Numbered from the whole stretch's first letter, positions 21,069 through 33,600 are shown. The stretch: 63,757 bases of DNA, filler included, from 8 parts of 8 records of this genome joined end to end with filler, not necessarily neighbours in it, one strand, 5' to 3'. The notes: a model not told the origin generated them from the sequence alone. Program-made: numbers and translations.

Positions 21069-23789
21069 CTAGGCAACTAGGCGCCGCCTTGGCCGATATA
21101 GCGATCCTTGTGGCAGCCGAGGTGGTGGTGCAGGCTTGAAGCTGCTGTTTTCTACGTCAGGTCTGCCTGGTGCGCGAAAGTTGCCATCCAGCTGGATTTG
21201 CCGGGTGCTGCGCATCACATTGCGTACATCATTCGGCGAAGTAGCGTACGGACTAGTAGGTGAATCCAGCCCAGGCTCAGTCTTTGGCCCACGCGACTCA
21301 GAGTTGTCGATGGCAATGTGGTCCCACGGTAGCCTCTCCCACTCCTGTCGCCGATACTTGAACGTGTTTGAGTCTGCTTGCTCCGGCTCCGGCCAGCAGA
21401 GTGGTGGTAAACTGAGCTGGTTGGTGTCTTCCATCAGGCTGCGGCACCACTGTGGTTGGTAATCCACGCGCGCTGGACTCTTGCCATACACCGCCCCAGG
21501 TTCGTAACCACCACCCGAGAGAGCCCCCCGTGCAGTCTTGGGCCAACGCCTGGCCTTCTTTGTCTTCTTCTTTACACTCTTTTTGGACCGAACGCTGACA
21601 TGACTTCGGGCTGTGTTGGGCACCGAGGGGCGGTAGCTTCGCGCTGTGGAAGGCTCGGCAGCAGGGTGGCTCCTATGGTGCTGGCGTGCCTTTGTAGCTT
21701 CATCAAGCGACCGTTTCATCACCTGGGTGACCTCGTGCTTCTGCCCCAGCCGGGCCTTGCAGATCGCAAGTGCCTTGGCATATGCCTCAACTGCCTCGTC
21801 ATACTCTTTCAGATATTCATGTTGTGACCCGAGGTTGTGGTAGGCGACAGGCAGCATTGTGGCCTCGTCTGTGGTAGCAGCCAGCACGACAGCACCGAGC
21901 TGCACTACCTTCGGCATGCGGATCTTCTCGCCAGCCGTAAGTTGCTTCTCGAGTTCAATCATCTTAACAGCCGCCTGGATCACAATGCTCACAAGCAATG
22001 CTTCGGGTTTGCCCAGAGTCTCCAAGTTGAAGATCTCAAAGCAACCTTCCTCCTCCAACGGGGTCATACATACGGCCAGCGCCCAACAGACGCGACTCAG
22101 GTCCTTATGAGCAGCCAACAGTGGCAACCGCAACTCCAATGACGCTCGCAGCATTGTTCCCAAATTCTCAGGCTGGACCGATAAGTACCCGAGGTGGTCA
22201 GACCACTCGTATGCGCGGCCAGCCGTCTTGAGTGCAGCCTCGACTGACTCTAGCCCATGTAGCACACGACCGAAAAGCGCCTTGAGGTCACCTCCAGGGT
22301 CAACAGCCGCAAAGCTCACATGTTCAGCCAGATTGACACCCACAAACAGCCCCGAGTCACTTTGGAATATGCCTCGGGCCTCGGGCCAGTCGCGTCGAAG
22401 CGCCTCGTGCTCCGGCGGACTGCCCAAGCTGCTCAGCCCGAGCTCGGCAAGTTGGTTCAGATCGAAAGAATCATCGAGAGACTCATACTCACCAGCCTGG
22501 TCCTCCGGGAGTCCTTCGAGCGCCGCTTTCACTACAGTCTCCGCCTCCTTACGCTCGGCCGCGTTGATGGACGGAGCGAAGGGCACTCCGGTCAGGTTTC
22601 GCCCTATCATCAGCCGGGCACGCAGCACTGGGTCTCCGACCGATGGGTGAGGTTCAATCTTTGTGTCACAAACCTGCCAGAAATTTCAGCTAGCCACTCA
22701 GTAATCCGGCCCACCTGATCAGTTGAGAGCCCGGGCTGATGCCGGCCGAGCGAAGGGAACTGGTGCAGCAGCTGGACCACCGGGCTAAACAGTTCTTCAA
22801 ACCGTGTGTAGCACTCAGCGTCGCCAGCCAGCAGCCCGCAGCTCTCTACCTTGCTCTCGGCTTGTTCGGGCGAGGGCTCGATACACTTGTCGATTGTTAC
22901 GCCGAACCGGGTGCAGCGAGGGTGCAGGTTGTCGAACAGCTGGCGGGACATAACGCGCCAGACCGCCCGCTTTGCTGACCTCGGATGGACCTGAATACCC
23001 GAGGGATCAGCGCAGGCAGTCCAACGCCCCACACCTCATCCCAGCTGGAGAACAACCGATGGGGCGGGTCCTCCCGGGGTTCCCGTGGTGGCTCGAGCTC
23101 GCCCCACTGATCCGCCAGCAAGATCTGCAGCGCAGTCTGCGCCACGAGCTCAGAGCCACGGCTGTCGACAGCAGACCTGAGCATGCCCGAGCGCCCGCAA
23201 GTGGTCTCCTCGGAGCGAGAGGGTGGCGCACAGGTTCAGGTGGGTCCCGGCAGGGTTCTCGGGCTCCGGCACTGCTTGCTCTATCGCGAGCGCCTTCTCC
23301 AGATTGCGCACCGCCTTGCCCAGCTGCCCGCGCCTGCCCGCCACCCTCGCCCCAGCCCCCAGGCCGCACAGCCACTGTTTGTTCAGGCATCCCATGTTGT
23401 TGTGCGTGATGGCCCGGAGCCGCAGACCGGTGTCCTGGCCGATGAAGAAGTTTTCGGCTTCGCTCATCACCAGCGCCCGTTTCAGAAACCTCTCCGCGTC
23501 CGTCTCCAGCTCTGCCCCAGGCTGGCCCGGCCGGCCGCACTGCGGGGACACCGATCCGGAGGCAGTGCATGGCCACGCTGTTGTACTCGCGCACGAGCAG
23601 CTCACCAAAGTGCTGCACCTCCTGGTCGGCGGCCCCGAGCCGCTGCTTGCGCTCGAGCAGCGCCGCCTCCATGGTGGACACCATCTGGATCAGCTGGCCC
23701 TGCCGCCCCCGCTGGCGCCCGGCGCTGGCCCGGTCGGCTGCCTCGGCTCGCAGCCGCCGCACCGCCAGGTCCAGGTCCCCGGCCTCCAT
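21069..23789 (-). CDS. TPR protein containing an inserted, degenerate ATP:guanido phosphotransferase (phosphagen kinase) domain
   Basis: TPR-like AITHNNMGC, GTHLNLCATLS and VAYHNLGSQHEYL flank kinase-like TRFGVTIDKCI, GLLAGDAECY..F, GRNL, RDWPEARG, DHLGYL..PENLGT.LRAS; several introns; start codon inferred. Confidence 0.75.
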
Positions 23790-23834
23790 GGAGCCCCTGG
23801 TACCGCCTACTGGTGCTCCCAAGTTGGGATCCGT

Positions 23835-23840
23835 CCGTTG
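23835..23840 (-). promoter_or_regulatory. YAACGG element in divergent gap
   Basis: GTCCGTTG between the ATGs at 23789(-) and 23897(+). Confidence 0.5.
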
Positions 23841-23896
23841 ACCTCGGCTCGCCAGTGCAGTGCGCTTCTGCAGCAGGTGGCGTCTCATCATTCCTG

Positions 23897-23948
23897 ATGG
23901 AGGGACCGGGGTCGGACCGTGTGCTCCGGGAGCTGGAGGAGCAGGTGC
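23897..23948 (+). CDS. First exon of an unknown gene cut by the contig end
   Basis: ATG followed by MEGPGSDRVLRELEEQ and a CAG|GTGC donor. Confidence 0.4.
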
Positions 23949-24048
23949 NNNNNNNNNNNNNNNNNNNNNNNNNNNNNNNNNNNNNNNNNNNNTTAATTAA
24001 TTAANNNNNNNNNNNNNNNNNNNNNNNNNNNNNNNNNNNNNNNNNNNN
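23949..24048. other. Artificial contig linker
   Basis: N-run with TTAATTAATTAA. Confidence 0.98.
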
Positions 24049-24209
24049 GTGTTCGTGTGTTCATCATTCATGCTCAAAAATCTCGCGACTGCTACACTAA
24101 GCTTAAGTGATAGTCAAGTCGGACGGACTCGGACCTTTACTTCAATGAACAAAGCCGTTTAATGCATAGGTAAAAAACAAGCTCATGGATCTCATCATCA
24201 TTCATATAT

Positions 24210-24246
24210 ACTCGTACTCGCACTCGTACTCGTGCTCGTACTTGTA
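24210..24246. repeat. Degenerate hexamer tandem repeat (ACTCGT)n in a 3' spacer
   Basis: actcgt actcgc actcgt actcgt gctcgt acttgt. Confidence 0.8.
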
Positions 24247-24306
24247 ATACATACCAGCTCATGTGAAAGCCACTGATCGCTTGCCACACTAGTCATGCGT
24301 ATGCAA

Positions 24307-25512
24307 TCACATGCCCGAGTCGCCCGAGTCCACGCTCGAGGATTGCCGTTCTGCGGCCACCAGCATGCGGATCGTCGCCGTGAACGAGCCCCCCGACTGC
24401 TGCAGCGCGCGTGCGTTGGCCTCACAATCCGTGAACCCCATCTGCTCCAACTCCCGGAGCTGAACCGTGTCGAACCCAGCTGCCGGCAGGATCTTTGCTG
24501 CCAGAGCTGGCTCTTGGTCGTCCTTGTCCAGATCAGCGCCGGTCTGCGGGCCGGAGGGCGACACCACTGCAGCTGCGGGCACCGGCACAGCCATCGCGGC
24601 TGGTGAGGCGGCAGGAGCTTGTGCCGGAACCGGTGCAGCCTCTCTTCGGGCGGAGGAGCAGCCGGCAGCCGCCACCAGTCCCGCCAGTCCAACCGCCAGC
24701 ATTGCAATCCAGCATTCATCGTCGTCAGTATCAGCAGAAGTTGTGCCGTGATCGTCAGCAGTATTCGCATCAGTCGCTCCGTCGTCGGCTCGCCGCCCCA
24801 GCTCCTCTTCAGCCCCCTCAGGCCTCGCCAACCCCGCCCCAGTCGGGGGATCTTGCCTGCCTCGATCAGTCTTTCCCGTGAGGCAGCTCGCAGGAGGCAG
24901 CTTGTTCACTCTGACTTGCCAGCCCTGACCCCGCCTCAGCCCGCGCCCGGCCCAGCCAACAACCCCTGAGCAAGCCTCGGGCTTCTCGGACGCCAGCGAG
25001 TCCACCTCTCGGCACAGCTGCGACGCCTCGCACCACGCGTTGGGTCCATTCTGCAGGCATTCCCGAGCCCGGCCCGTCGAGTCCTGCACGCCCAGCTGGT
25101 CCAGCTTCTCGCCCAGGACTCGGTTCTGCCGGCTGAGCCGCTCGAGCTCCAGCGCGCTGGCGGCAGCACCGGCCTCCAACCGGTCCACCGTCTCGGCCAG
25201 CTCGTTGGAGCCGCAGCTGGGCGTGGCCGCGCAGAGTGCGTCCACGAGCTCCCGCTTCTCAATCATGCCGACATAGCCGACAGCAAGCTGGTCGAGCCGG
25301 CGCTTGAGCTCGCGGACCGGGAGGCGGAGCAGCTGGCGGGGCGATCCGGGGTCGAGCGAATGGGCCCAGTCGGTAAGCTTACCGGCCCACTTGCCAGCGT
25401 GGTCGGTGAGCTTGCCAGCCCACTTGTCCATCAACTTGTCCAGGGGCTCGTGCGGTCGGGCGGCGGCCAGGGTGGCGAGCAGCAGCAGCACGCCGAGGGC
25501 AGACCGGTGCAT
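24307..25512 (-). CDS. Type-I membrane protein: signal peptide, SAP-like helix pair, coiled coil, saposin-A-like motif, TM, C-terminal UBA
   Basis: MHRSALGVLLLLATLAAA; LPVRELKRRLDQLAVGYVGMIEKRELV; CLQNGPNAWC; WIAMLAVGLAGLVAAA; QLRELEQMGFTDCEANARALQQSGG; may hide in-frame introns. Confidence 0.7.
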   Translation of the reverse strand: MHRSALGVLLLLATLAAARPHEPLDKLMDKWAGKLTDHAGKWAGKLTDWAHSLDPGSPRQLLRLPVRELKRRLDQLAVGYVGMIEKRELVDALCAATPSCGSNELAETVDRLEAGAAASALELERLSRQNRVLGEKLDQLGVQDSTGRARECLQNGPNAWCEASQLCREVDSLASEKPEACSGVVGWAGRGLRRGQGWQVRVNKLPPASCLTGKTDRGRQDPPTGAGLARPEGAEEELGRRADDGATDANTADDHGTTSADTDDDECWIAMLAVGLAGLVAAAGCSSARREAAPVPAQAPAASPAAMAVPVPAAAVVSPSGPQTGADLDKDDQEPALAAKILPAAGFDTVQLRELEQMGFTDCEANARALQQSGGSFTATIRMLVAAERQSSSVDSGDSGM

Positions 25513-25593
25513 GGCAGACCGATGCGCTCGTCGAAGCGATCGTCGATGATATCATCGTCTGATATTTCCATTTCCCTCTCTCCGAGAATAATG

Positions 25594-25606
25594 CCGTTGG
25601 CAACTG
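25594..25606. promoter_or_regulatory. Paired Myb-like sites (CCGTTG g CAACTG) in divergent gap
   Basis: GCCGTTGGCAACTG between the ATGs at 25512(-) and 25647(+). Confidence 0.5.
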
Positions 25607-25646
25607 ACGTCCAACCAGCACGGTCGCGGCGGCTGCGTCTCAAACC

Positions 25647-28600
25647 ATGGCGTCTCCTGGGCCTCCGCCTCGGGAGAAGACCTGGCGGTCATGGCTGGCC
25701 GGGGTCCGGGATGCCAGCGTCGGCCGAGCCTCCAGCGCGGTGGTCCGGACCGCCACCTCCCTGGCCAAGCGGGCGTACGAGTATCGCAAGGGCAAGCCGG
25801 GCCCGGGGGCTGAACTGACTAGTGGCCGTGTTCAGGCACCAGCGTGGAGAAGTTCATCGCCGAGGCGTTGAGCGAGTACCTGGACGTCAACATCGACATC
25901 TCCAGCCTCGGCCCGATCCGCGGCCGTTTCGGGGGCGACCAAGGCCCCATCCGGTTGAAGCCGATGGTGCGGCCCCTGGAGGCCGGGGCCGACCAGAACG
26001 GACAGGTGGCCGAGGTGGTCTATCAGGAGGCCGGTCTGATCATCGATCTGGAGCGGACCCGGATCGCCGTCATGGAGTTGTCTATTGACATGGAGGAGCT
26101 TTTCACCGGGCACCGGGCGGCCTCAATCGACGACACCACCTGCCAGCTCTCGTTCGGGGATGCCCCGGCGCTGGCCAAGGTCGGGATCACAGAGTTCCGG
26201 CTGGCGGCCCCGGGCATACGGCTGGTGCTTAAGGGCTTCCAGATGGTGATTCACCACCCTGCTGCCACCTACGCGGGCCTGCCCTCCATCCCGCCCCCGC
26301 CTCTCAAGCCCAAAGTGCTCAAGCCAGACAAACCAGATGAGTTCGAGCCGGTGGAGCCCGAAGCGGACGGGGCCGAGGCCGAAGCCGATGACGACGAGGA
26401 TCCTCTGGCCGGCTTATCCGGCACCCCAGGGTTTGCGGCAAACGTTCTGTCCGAGTGGATCTTGAAAGATGCTCGCGTGACGCTCGAGGGCCTAGCTGTG
26501 GAAGGCAACTTGTCGCAGGAAGCGCTGCCCGGCTCCAAGTTTGCGGCCGATTTCGGGTTGGAGGTGTCTAAGCTACGGTGAGCGCTTGCTGGCCGAGTCG
26601 CGTGCTGAGTCTGGGGCACAGGCTCGAGATCGGCAAGTTCTATGGGCATCACAAGGTGCTGTACCAGAACTTGATCAAGCAACGGAAGTACGTGGACGCG
26701 CTCAAGTTCCACATTATGCACCTGCCGCTCAAACTCAACTGCAGATCGCTCAAGCTAGACGTTGGCGATGCGATGGAAGTTAATATTGACGGGACTGACC
26801 AAGTGAGCGGACTGGACCTCACTGTAGTACACGATGATTGGCGGTTCTTCCTGCTGACTGGGCACATTGCGCGGTACAATATCTACTTGGGTAAGCACAA
26901 ATTAGTTGATGCGGATGGGAAGAGGCCTCGTCCTGGAGCGAATACGAGTGAGAGCGATCATTGGTTCCTGGGAAGCAGTGTGGGCAGAAGCATCGAGTTC
27001 AAGCTGTGCAACATGCTGCAGCGGATCGAAGGCAACAACGCAGTGCTCCGCAAGTGCTACCAAGAGAACATCGGCGGCGAAGGCTTCTATCAACTCAGAG
27101 CTTATCGAGCTCGTCACGCTGAAATTGTGGAGCAGCTAAAGGAGGCCGAAAAAGCTCTAGCCCAAACTGATTCTGAGAGCGAGCCAGAGGCCTTTTTCCA
27201 GAAGAAACAGGCGCTGGAAGACCTGAGAGATTCGTGGGAGCTGTCGCGTGTGGATCAGGAGCGGTTTTACGAGAAGTTGTTCTTCGCGCAGGTGGAACTG
27301 AAAGTGCTGCCGATGACTATCGACCTCTCGCTGCCGCCGATCTGCGAGACTATGCTCAAGTTTACGGGCTACTTGATGAGTTGGTCAGCCGCATTTTGAT
27401 ATTGAGTGTCGTTTAGAGTTGAGCATTGCTCTTGTGCTCATGGTGTGGTGCTCAGGGTAGCTGGACTTGACGAGGACGGCGATGGCGACATTAGCATGGC
27501 GGAGTGGAATACAGCTGTCGCAAATGAGGTTGGCCACGGCCTTGATACTGATGGAGACGGCACGGTGGCTGCTGGCCCACGCTAGCTGCCCTGAGATCGG
27601 TGTGGGTTGCTGCAGATATCCGCGGAGGAATGGATGGCCGCCACTGGAGTCACAGAGTTCACTCACGACAAAACGTTAGACGAGATGCTCGCCGAATGTC
27701 GCGATATGATTTATTCTCTGGACGACGAAGCGCTCATGATCAAGTACGAAGTGGCAGAGCGCGCACTCTCAGACGTGCTTGACCGCACTGATCGGAGTAA
27801 CCGGCACCTAGCTGTCATCGAGGACACCATGCAGCTTTTTGTTAATTTGGCAAATACAATCGAGCATCTCGGGGACAGCGAAGATGGGCCGTTGGTCGAG
27901 AATGATCACAGCGAGCTGGTCAGCTTGCTCAAAACGTGCTCAGACATGTTCCGCTCCGAATGCCGGGCCATGCTTATGGATTCTGGGTCAAGTCCCCCAC
28001 TGGGTGTTCAGCTCAAGGTGCGCGCTGCTCTACCAAACGTGCACTTCAGGCCTGTGAACACCAGTGACGCCTTTGCTTTCTACGGCGGGTGACCCCTGTT
28101 GCGTGCCTGCCTGCCTGCTTGCTGACGGTTCCATGTTGTGCAGCCGGATGAGCCTGGATTGCCCATCGCCAATGACTGAAGATGGCAGCGAGCTGTCACC
28201 TTACGATGCTGCTCATGACAAGGCATGCCTCTCTCTGGGAGCAACATCATTGGTTGTCAAGAGTAAGAACTGCCAGTACAACATACTCGAAATGCCTTCC
28301 AGATTGGTCGCAGGTCTTGCATGCTTGCCCTGTCTCCACAATTCACGGTATGTTTGCTGCAGTTGTCGGCTGGAATTGCCTAGGCAAGTCAATTGTGCTC
28401 ACACCGGAGAATATTTTGACGCTGGCAATCGACCTGTTCTCACAGACTGCCAGTGGCCAAGTCTCGACCTCTGCTGAGCCATTTTCAATCATGCTGAGCC
28501 AAGGTTGCCTCAAAGCAATCTACAGGCTTTTTGCGCATGCATCCAAAGAGCTCGTCAATGCAGAGAGCACAGGAGAGAGCATCAGGATGCAAGGCTTCAC

Positions 28601-31600
28601 CTTGAATCAGCTTTCTTCACTGTACTCTGGTATCATGGTGTCTGAGATTTATCGAAACTGGCTAGTGCCCGAGTACAAGAAGCCCGAGTCTGTCCTTCAA
28701 ATCCTAGCATACGTCCATTTCAATATCCAGATCAAGTTTGTTGAGGACAGTTCACAGCCGCTACACAGCCCCAAAGTAACGTTTGTGGGTCTGGAGAGCA
28801 ATGGCCACGATGAATTGCCTTCTAGTCCAACTGCTATGCTGCCAAAAGACGAGCCTGGCCTTGAGGCTATCGACTCTGGCTTGGTGGACATGATAAGCGT
28901 CAAAGTAAATGGGCTTCAGGTTTCTCTTCATGGGCCTCATACCTATATACGAGTGCACAAAGTCGACGCTCAGCTGAACATCGCACTGATCGAGAGTATT
29001 GTGCTCAGTATCATTGCTGCCATCAACAACCCTGAAGAAAATGATGAGGAAGACGACTTAGCACAGCAGGAGATCCCTAGTACAGATGGCACCTCCATAA
29101 TCATCAAGTTTCCTTCTCCAACTGCAGGTGAACATCTGAAATTCTAGTGAAACCCTCTATAGTTGATAACATTAGATTCTGAAGTAACAAGCATCTGTGT
29201 GGCAGGTACTATCAAAGGTTCAAAGCAAGATCTCCAGGTAAAGCTGGTCGAGGCACGTGGAGCTCTGGACGGGATTGCTGTCACAGCTCCATCTGTCATG
29301 CTCATTCTACGCTATCATGAAGACGTGATTGTGGATGGTCGCGCTGTACAAGTCAGGCTGGATGGGCTTGCTGCCAAGAGCATTCTGGAGAAACACTATG
29401 ACAATCTGGTTGAGGCCAAAAACGCCTGGTTCAACATGGAATCTGTCATCGACAAACTGGAAAACAAGGCCTACAACAAAGCCGAGCACGAAGCTGTTCT
29501 GATGGAAGCAATCAAAGGAATCAAAGAGTCCGAGATTGATAAAGCCAACCACACCCTTGCACACGATGATACTTTCAGGCTTGATAGGATAGCAATATTT
29601 GGCGGGTCTATCGAAGTCAGTGGTCGGTTGACAAAGGAGCAGAAAGGCGTCCCCTGGCTGATGGCCTTTACACCAGGCAAAGAGCCCCTGTGGCAGATGC
29701 ATGGCTCTTTGTCATCCCCAAAACCGACTTTCAAGGTGCTGGATCCCTTGATTGGGAAAAATGCCAAGATGGATGATTTGGAAGATTCAGAGTCGTTCAG
29801 AGACCAGGTTGGCGATAAAGTGGCTGATTATGCCCTCGAGGTTCGAAACGAAATAATCGACGCAGCCATTGACTACCACGATATTACCCTGTCCAACACC
29901 ACGTTGCTGGCATACGTAGCTCGGCATGCTATCTCGGACTTCCTTGATAACATCTTTGGTATCATCGAGCACAAGCCCTTCAATCCCTGTCCAGACTATC
30001 TCAATTTTCATTTTGATGCTCTACGACTCGACCTGTATAACGCTTGGGCTACACTGGGACTCGCTAATCACACAAACGGTTCTATTGGGGCAAAGCATTT
30101 CCTATGGAGTTACACCGCATGCCAAACGAAGCAATGGCTCTACAGCTTCTTGATCTGGTTTGTCTTTACTCTGGACATGATTCCGGCACTTTGCGGATTC
30201 CTTTCTTTTGTCTCCTATTCTGACACGGGCTGGAAAACATACGACTCGATGAAGGGGTACAGCAAAAACTGGCAGTGGATTGTTGTCGTCCTTCCCAAGG
30301 CCTTCTGGCTCTGTCTCTTTTTCCCGGTCTACATGACTGTCATAACTAATCGTGCTGCAGCAAGCCGCGTGTTCTTCATGATTGGAGCCCTTGCGATGTG
30401 GGTCGTCATGCTTATGTGGACCGCTAACTTTGGAGAAGTGATGTTGCCACCTTTCTACTGGCGTACTGAGACAGGCAATGGATGGGCTGCAACGCATCAG
30501 ATGACCATTGATTCTTTTATGACTTTCACCCTCATTCTTTCAATGATTTGTTTGATTTGGGGCAATATGACGCCTGACCTCTTCGAGGGCTTCTCTCGCA
30601 AGCTGCAGACGCCATTCCATCATAGGCAAAAGATCATGTATATTGCTATCTGTTATTACATTGGCATGGGCATTATGGAAATGACGATCTGCCTTGTGGA
30701 AGAAAACTGGAACAAGCACTTGCAATACGAAAACTGGGTGTGGCCCCCGGATGGTGCTGATTGCAATAAGGTTATATTTTTCATCTATACCACCGTCAAG
30801 CTGTTAAATGGGATTTATCTGTTGGGGATTGCTGTTCATGAAGGTTGTAAGGGCATGCCCAGTCCCGAACAAAGGGAAAAGCGCGGTAAGGCGCTCACTG
30901 TAAAAGTAATGTGCGGGGTTATCTTGAGCATTATTGCCGAAGTGATCATCGTATTCTTTGAGAATGGCTATGGCCCTGACGGAGTAGTCCTTTACAATGG
31001 CGTAAGCCTTGACCAGAATTTCCAACCCGACTCCAGCATTGGCATCCACCCGTGGACGTACAACCAAGTTTATGACGTAAACTGGAAGGTTGTTACCTCC
31101 TTTTGCATCTACAGGCAGTGGCACACAATGGAATGTGTCGCGAATATGATTTGGCTCTTTGCACTGTTTCTGTTCTACTTGTTCTGGATTTACCTGGCAG
31201 AGCGCGAGAGGTTAGCCTGGCCAGCCAACATTCTGCCCTGTTGGCAGACACTTATCCACTGTGTACTACCATTCCCTGCTTGTTGACTGCCATTGCCTGA
31301 CTGACAATGCGTTGTACTGATTGTGCCAATTATTGATACTACTTGTAATACTGACGTGTGCACGTTTACGGGTGTCGCTTGCATCCCGATACACACCAGT
31401 ATTCGCTGATACTGCTGTGTGTAGAGATGCAAGGAACCAGCATCGGTCCCGCACTGAGATCCAGATTATGCGCCTGATGGTGAGTTGCCCGGATCAACTG
31501 AAATAAAACTAACTGGACTCTCGATGCAGACACCCAAGAGGCAGAAGCGCCAGGAGTTGCCCATCCCCCCTGCCCGTGCTGCCAGCGATGAAGAATGGAT

Positions 31601-32037
31601 TGCTTGGATTAAGCAGGCTCAGGTGTGCAACACAGTAGCAAATTTGCTACTCTGGCTGCACGCTGAGTCCGCCTAATCAGGTGGCTATCATTTCAATGAT
31701 TGATGTTCTGGGTGAAAAAGAGGGTGGCAAACTCGCTGCGAATGTGGCACGTGATGGCATCTATGGGACTCTGGGCCAAGTTCAGGAGAAGAGCAATAAT
31801 CCAAAAGAGCCTCTCACCCACACGGCGTATGAAAGCGATCACGAACCAGAAGCTGACAACGAGCTGAATGGGATTGAACTGGAGCCGGTACCAAAACCAA
31901 AGTCGTCGCCTTCGAAGCCTGCGTGGTTCAAACGCACCACTGCCGACCTCCTACAAGCGACAGATGAGGAGCTCGCGGCTCTTGAACAAGAAGAGGTCGA
32001 TCATTATAAGTCTGATACTGCGACATCTCAGATATAG
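25647..32037 (+). CDS. Large protein (roughly 1,900 aa): chorein-N/VPS13-like segments, EF-hand pair, about 8-TM C-terminal domain; about 10 introns
   Basis: The ORFs at 25647, 25844, 26578, 27607, 28064, 28182, 29163, 31321, 31485 and 31681 join in frame through GT/GC-AG introns; EF loops DEDGDGDISMAE and DTDGDGTISAEE; eight hydrophobic helices at about 30130-31200; gene structure fairly secure, family call tentative. Confidence 0.6.
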
Positions 32038-32416
32038 AGCCGCGTTTGTCTGTTGTGCATTCAAAGTTCTGGCCCCACTTGTTATGATTTGCTTGCCTTG
32101 AGTAGTGGCCTCTTTGTGGAAAGTTTTGAACGCCTTTCCACAAAGGTGACTGCTGCTCGGGCACCAAGTCGACAGTACTAGGGTGGGAGCCGAGGCTGAA
32201 AATGCGCAAGGCGAGCCTTTTGCAACTTTGCAACAAGAACTGAACCTTGTGCAACTGTAGGCATCAAGATAAAAGTCTACACGTGCACGGCGATTGGAAG
32301 AAGGTTCGAGTGTCGCAATGTAGATTCTATTCAACATGAACGACCAAGTGAACGATGTTCAATTTATGTTCAATTTGAGTCGATTATTTATTAAAACGTG
32401 TATATAATCGTGACAG

Positions 32417-32451
32417 CATCTTCCGCACTATAGATCATCTTCCGCACTATA
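32417..32451. repeat. Short direct duplication CATCTTCCGCACTATA x2 just past a stop codon
   Basis: Copies at 32417-32432 and 32436-32451; CATCTTCCGCA also occurs in the last codons of the adjacent gene. Confidence 0.7.
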
Positions 32452-32462
32452 TGATGGTGAAG

Positions 32463-33534
32463 CTATAGATCATCTAATCCGGCATCTTCCGCATCTTGTT
32501 GTTCTTGCATGTATTTGAAAAACCTGCGCCATTAGAGTCAGCAACGGGCTTGATATGGACATATGACTTACTCTTCATAATCCACCGAGCCAGAACCATC
32601 TTGGTCGCATTCATTTGCTAGTTTGTCCAAATCCTCAGGCCGGATGTCGGGGTTCATCTCAAACATGAGAGCACACAATTCTGAAATATCAAGTGAGCCA
32701 CTATTATCCTTGTCTGCTTCACGAAATGCTTTTCGCCATGGCATGGACCTCATGAAGAAGATGAATTCATTCCAATCAATACTCCCGTCGTTATCTGCGT
32801 CTACCCCTCGAATGATCTCTTCGACCTCAGTGACAGCCATGTGAGGCTCAACGCGGAGTATCAAGGCTTTGACCTCATCATGGTTTCAATTCATAATGTC
32901 ACTGTCGGCTCAGCAGGACAAACGACAAGGAGCCGTGCCTGCAGGGAGAACAAGCGGTCGAGGTTGGCTACACACACGTCACAATGGTTGAGGTAGTTCA
33001 ATATCGCTGCGTGCCCGTCCCCGCTGATCAACCCGGTCATGTCGACAGCCTGCACCCCCGCTGTGCCCACTGCCACAGCTGCCAGCCCACCTGCTGCATC
33101 AGCTCCTCAGCGTCGCGCAGCTGGTCCGCCCCTCCCATGGTCATCAGGATTGTGGCTGCCATATTGAGCAGCCTGGAAATCTCGGCATATGCCACCACCT
33201 CACGGCCCGATCCTTGCCAGTCGTCGAGCACCGACAGTGTGGCCGCCCTCGCCTCCCCAAGCAGCTTGGTGGCCCGATCTAGTTGGCCGAGCGCCCGGTG
33301 CTCCCGCGCCAGTCGGAGCTGCACCTCCACCGTGGTCTGGTGCTCCAGTCCCACCGCCGACAGCGCCAGCTCGAGCGCGCTGTCCAGGTGCGACAGCGCC
33401 TGCCTGTGCTCCCCGGCCCGGCTGGCCTTGTCGGCCCGACGGAGCTCGGTCTGCAGCTCATCCGGCCCGGGGTCGTCCTGCACCGCCGGCTTGGTGTCCA
33501 CCCCGCCCACCGGCGGGCTGTGCGCGAGAGTCAT
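32463..33534 (-). CDS. TPR-like N-terminus fused to calmodulin-like EF-hands (3 introns)
   Basis: EF loops DADNDGSIDWNE, DKDNSGSLDISE and DQDGSGSVDYEE; last exon FFKYMQEQQDAEDAGLDDL-stop. Confidence 0.75.
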
Positions 33535-33594
33535 CCCTCCCCGCTTCTCGACACCGCCTCCCTGGAGTGGCTGTAAAAAGGCGTAAAAATGGTT

Positions 33595-33600
33595 TAACGG
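33595..33600 (+). promoter_or_regulatory. YAACGG element in divergent gap
   Basis: TAACGGA between the ATGs at 33534(-) and 33676(+). Confidence 0.5.

Noticed and set aside
23886-23899. Divergent ATGs only 5 bp apart
   Set aside because: The minus gene more plausibly starts at 23789, which gives a typical 107-bp gap containing the YAACGG site.
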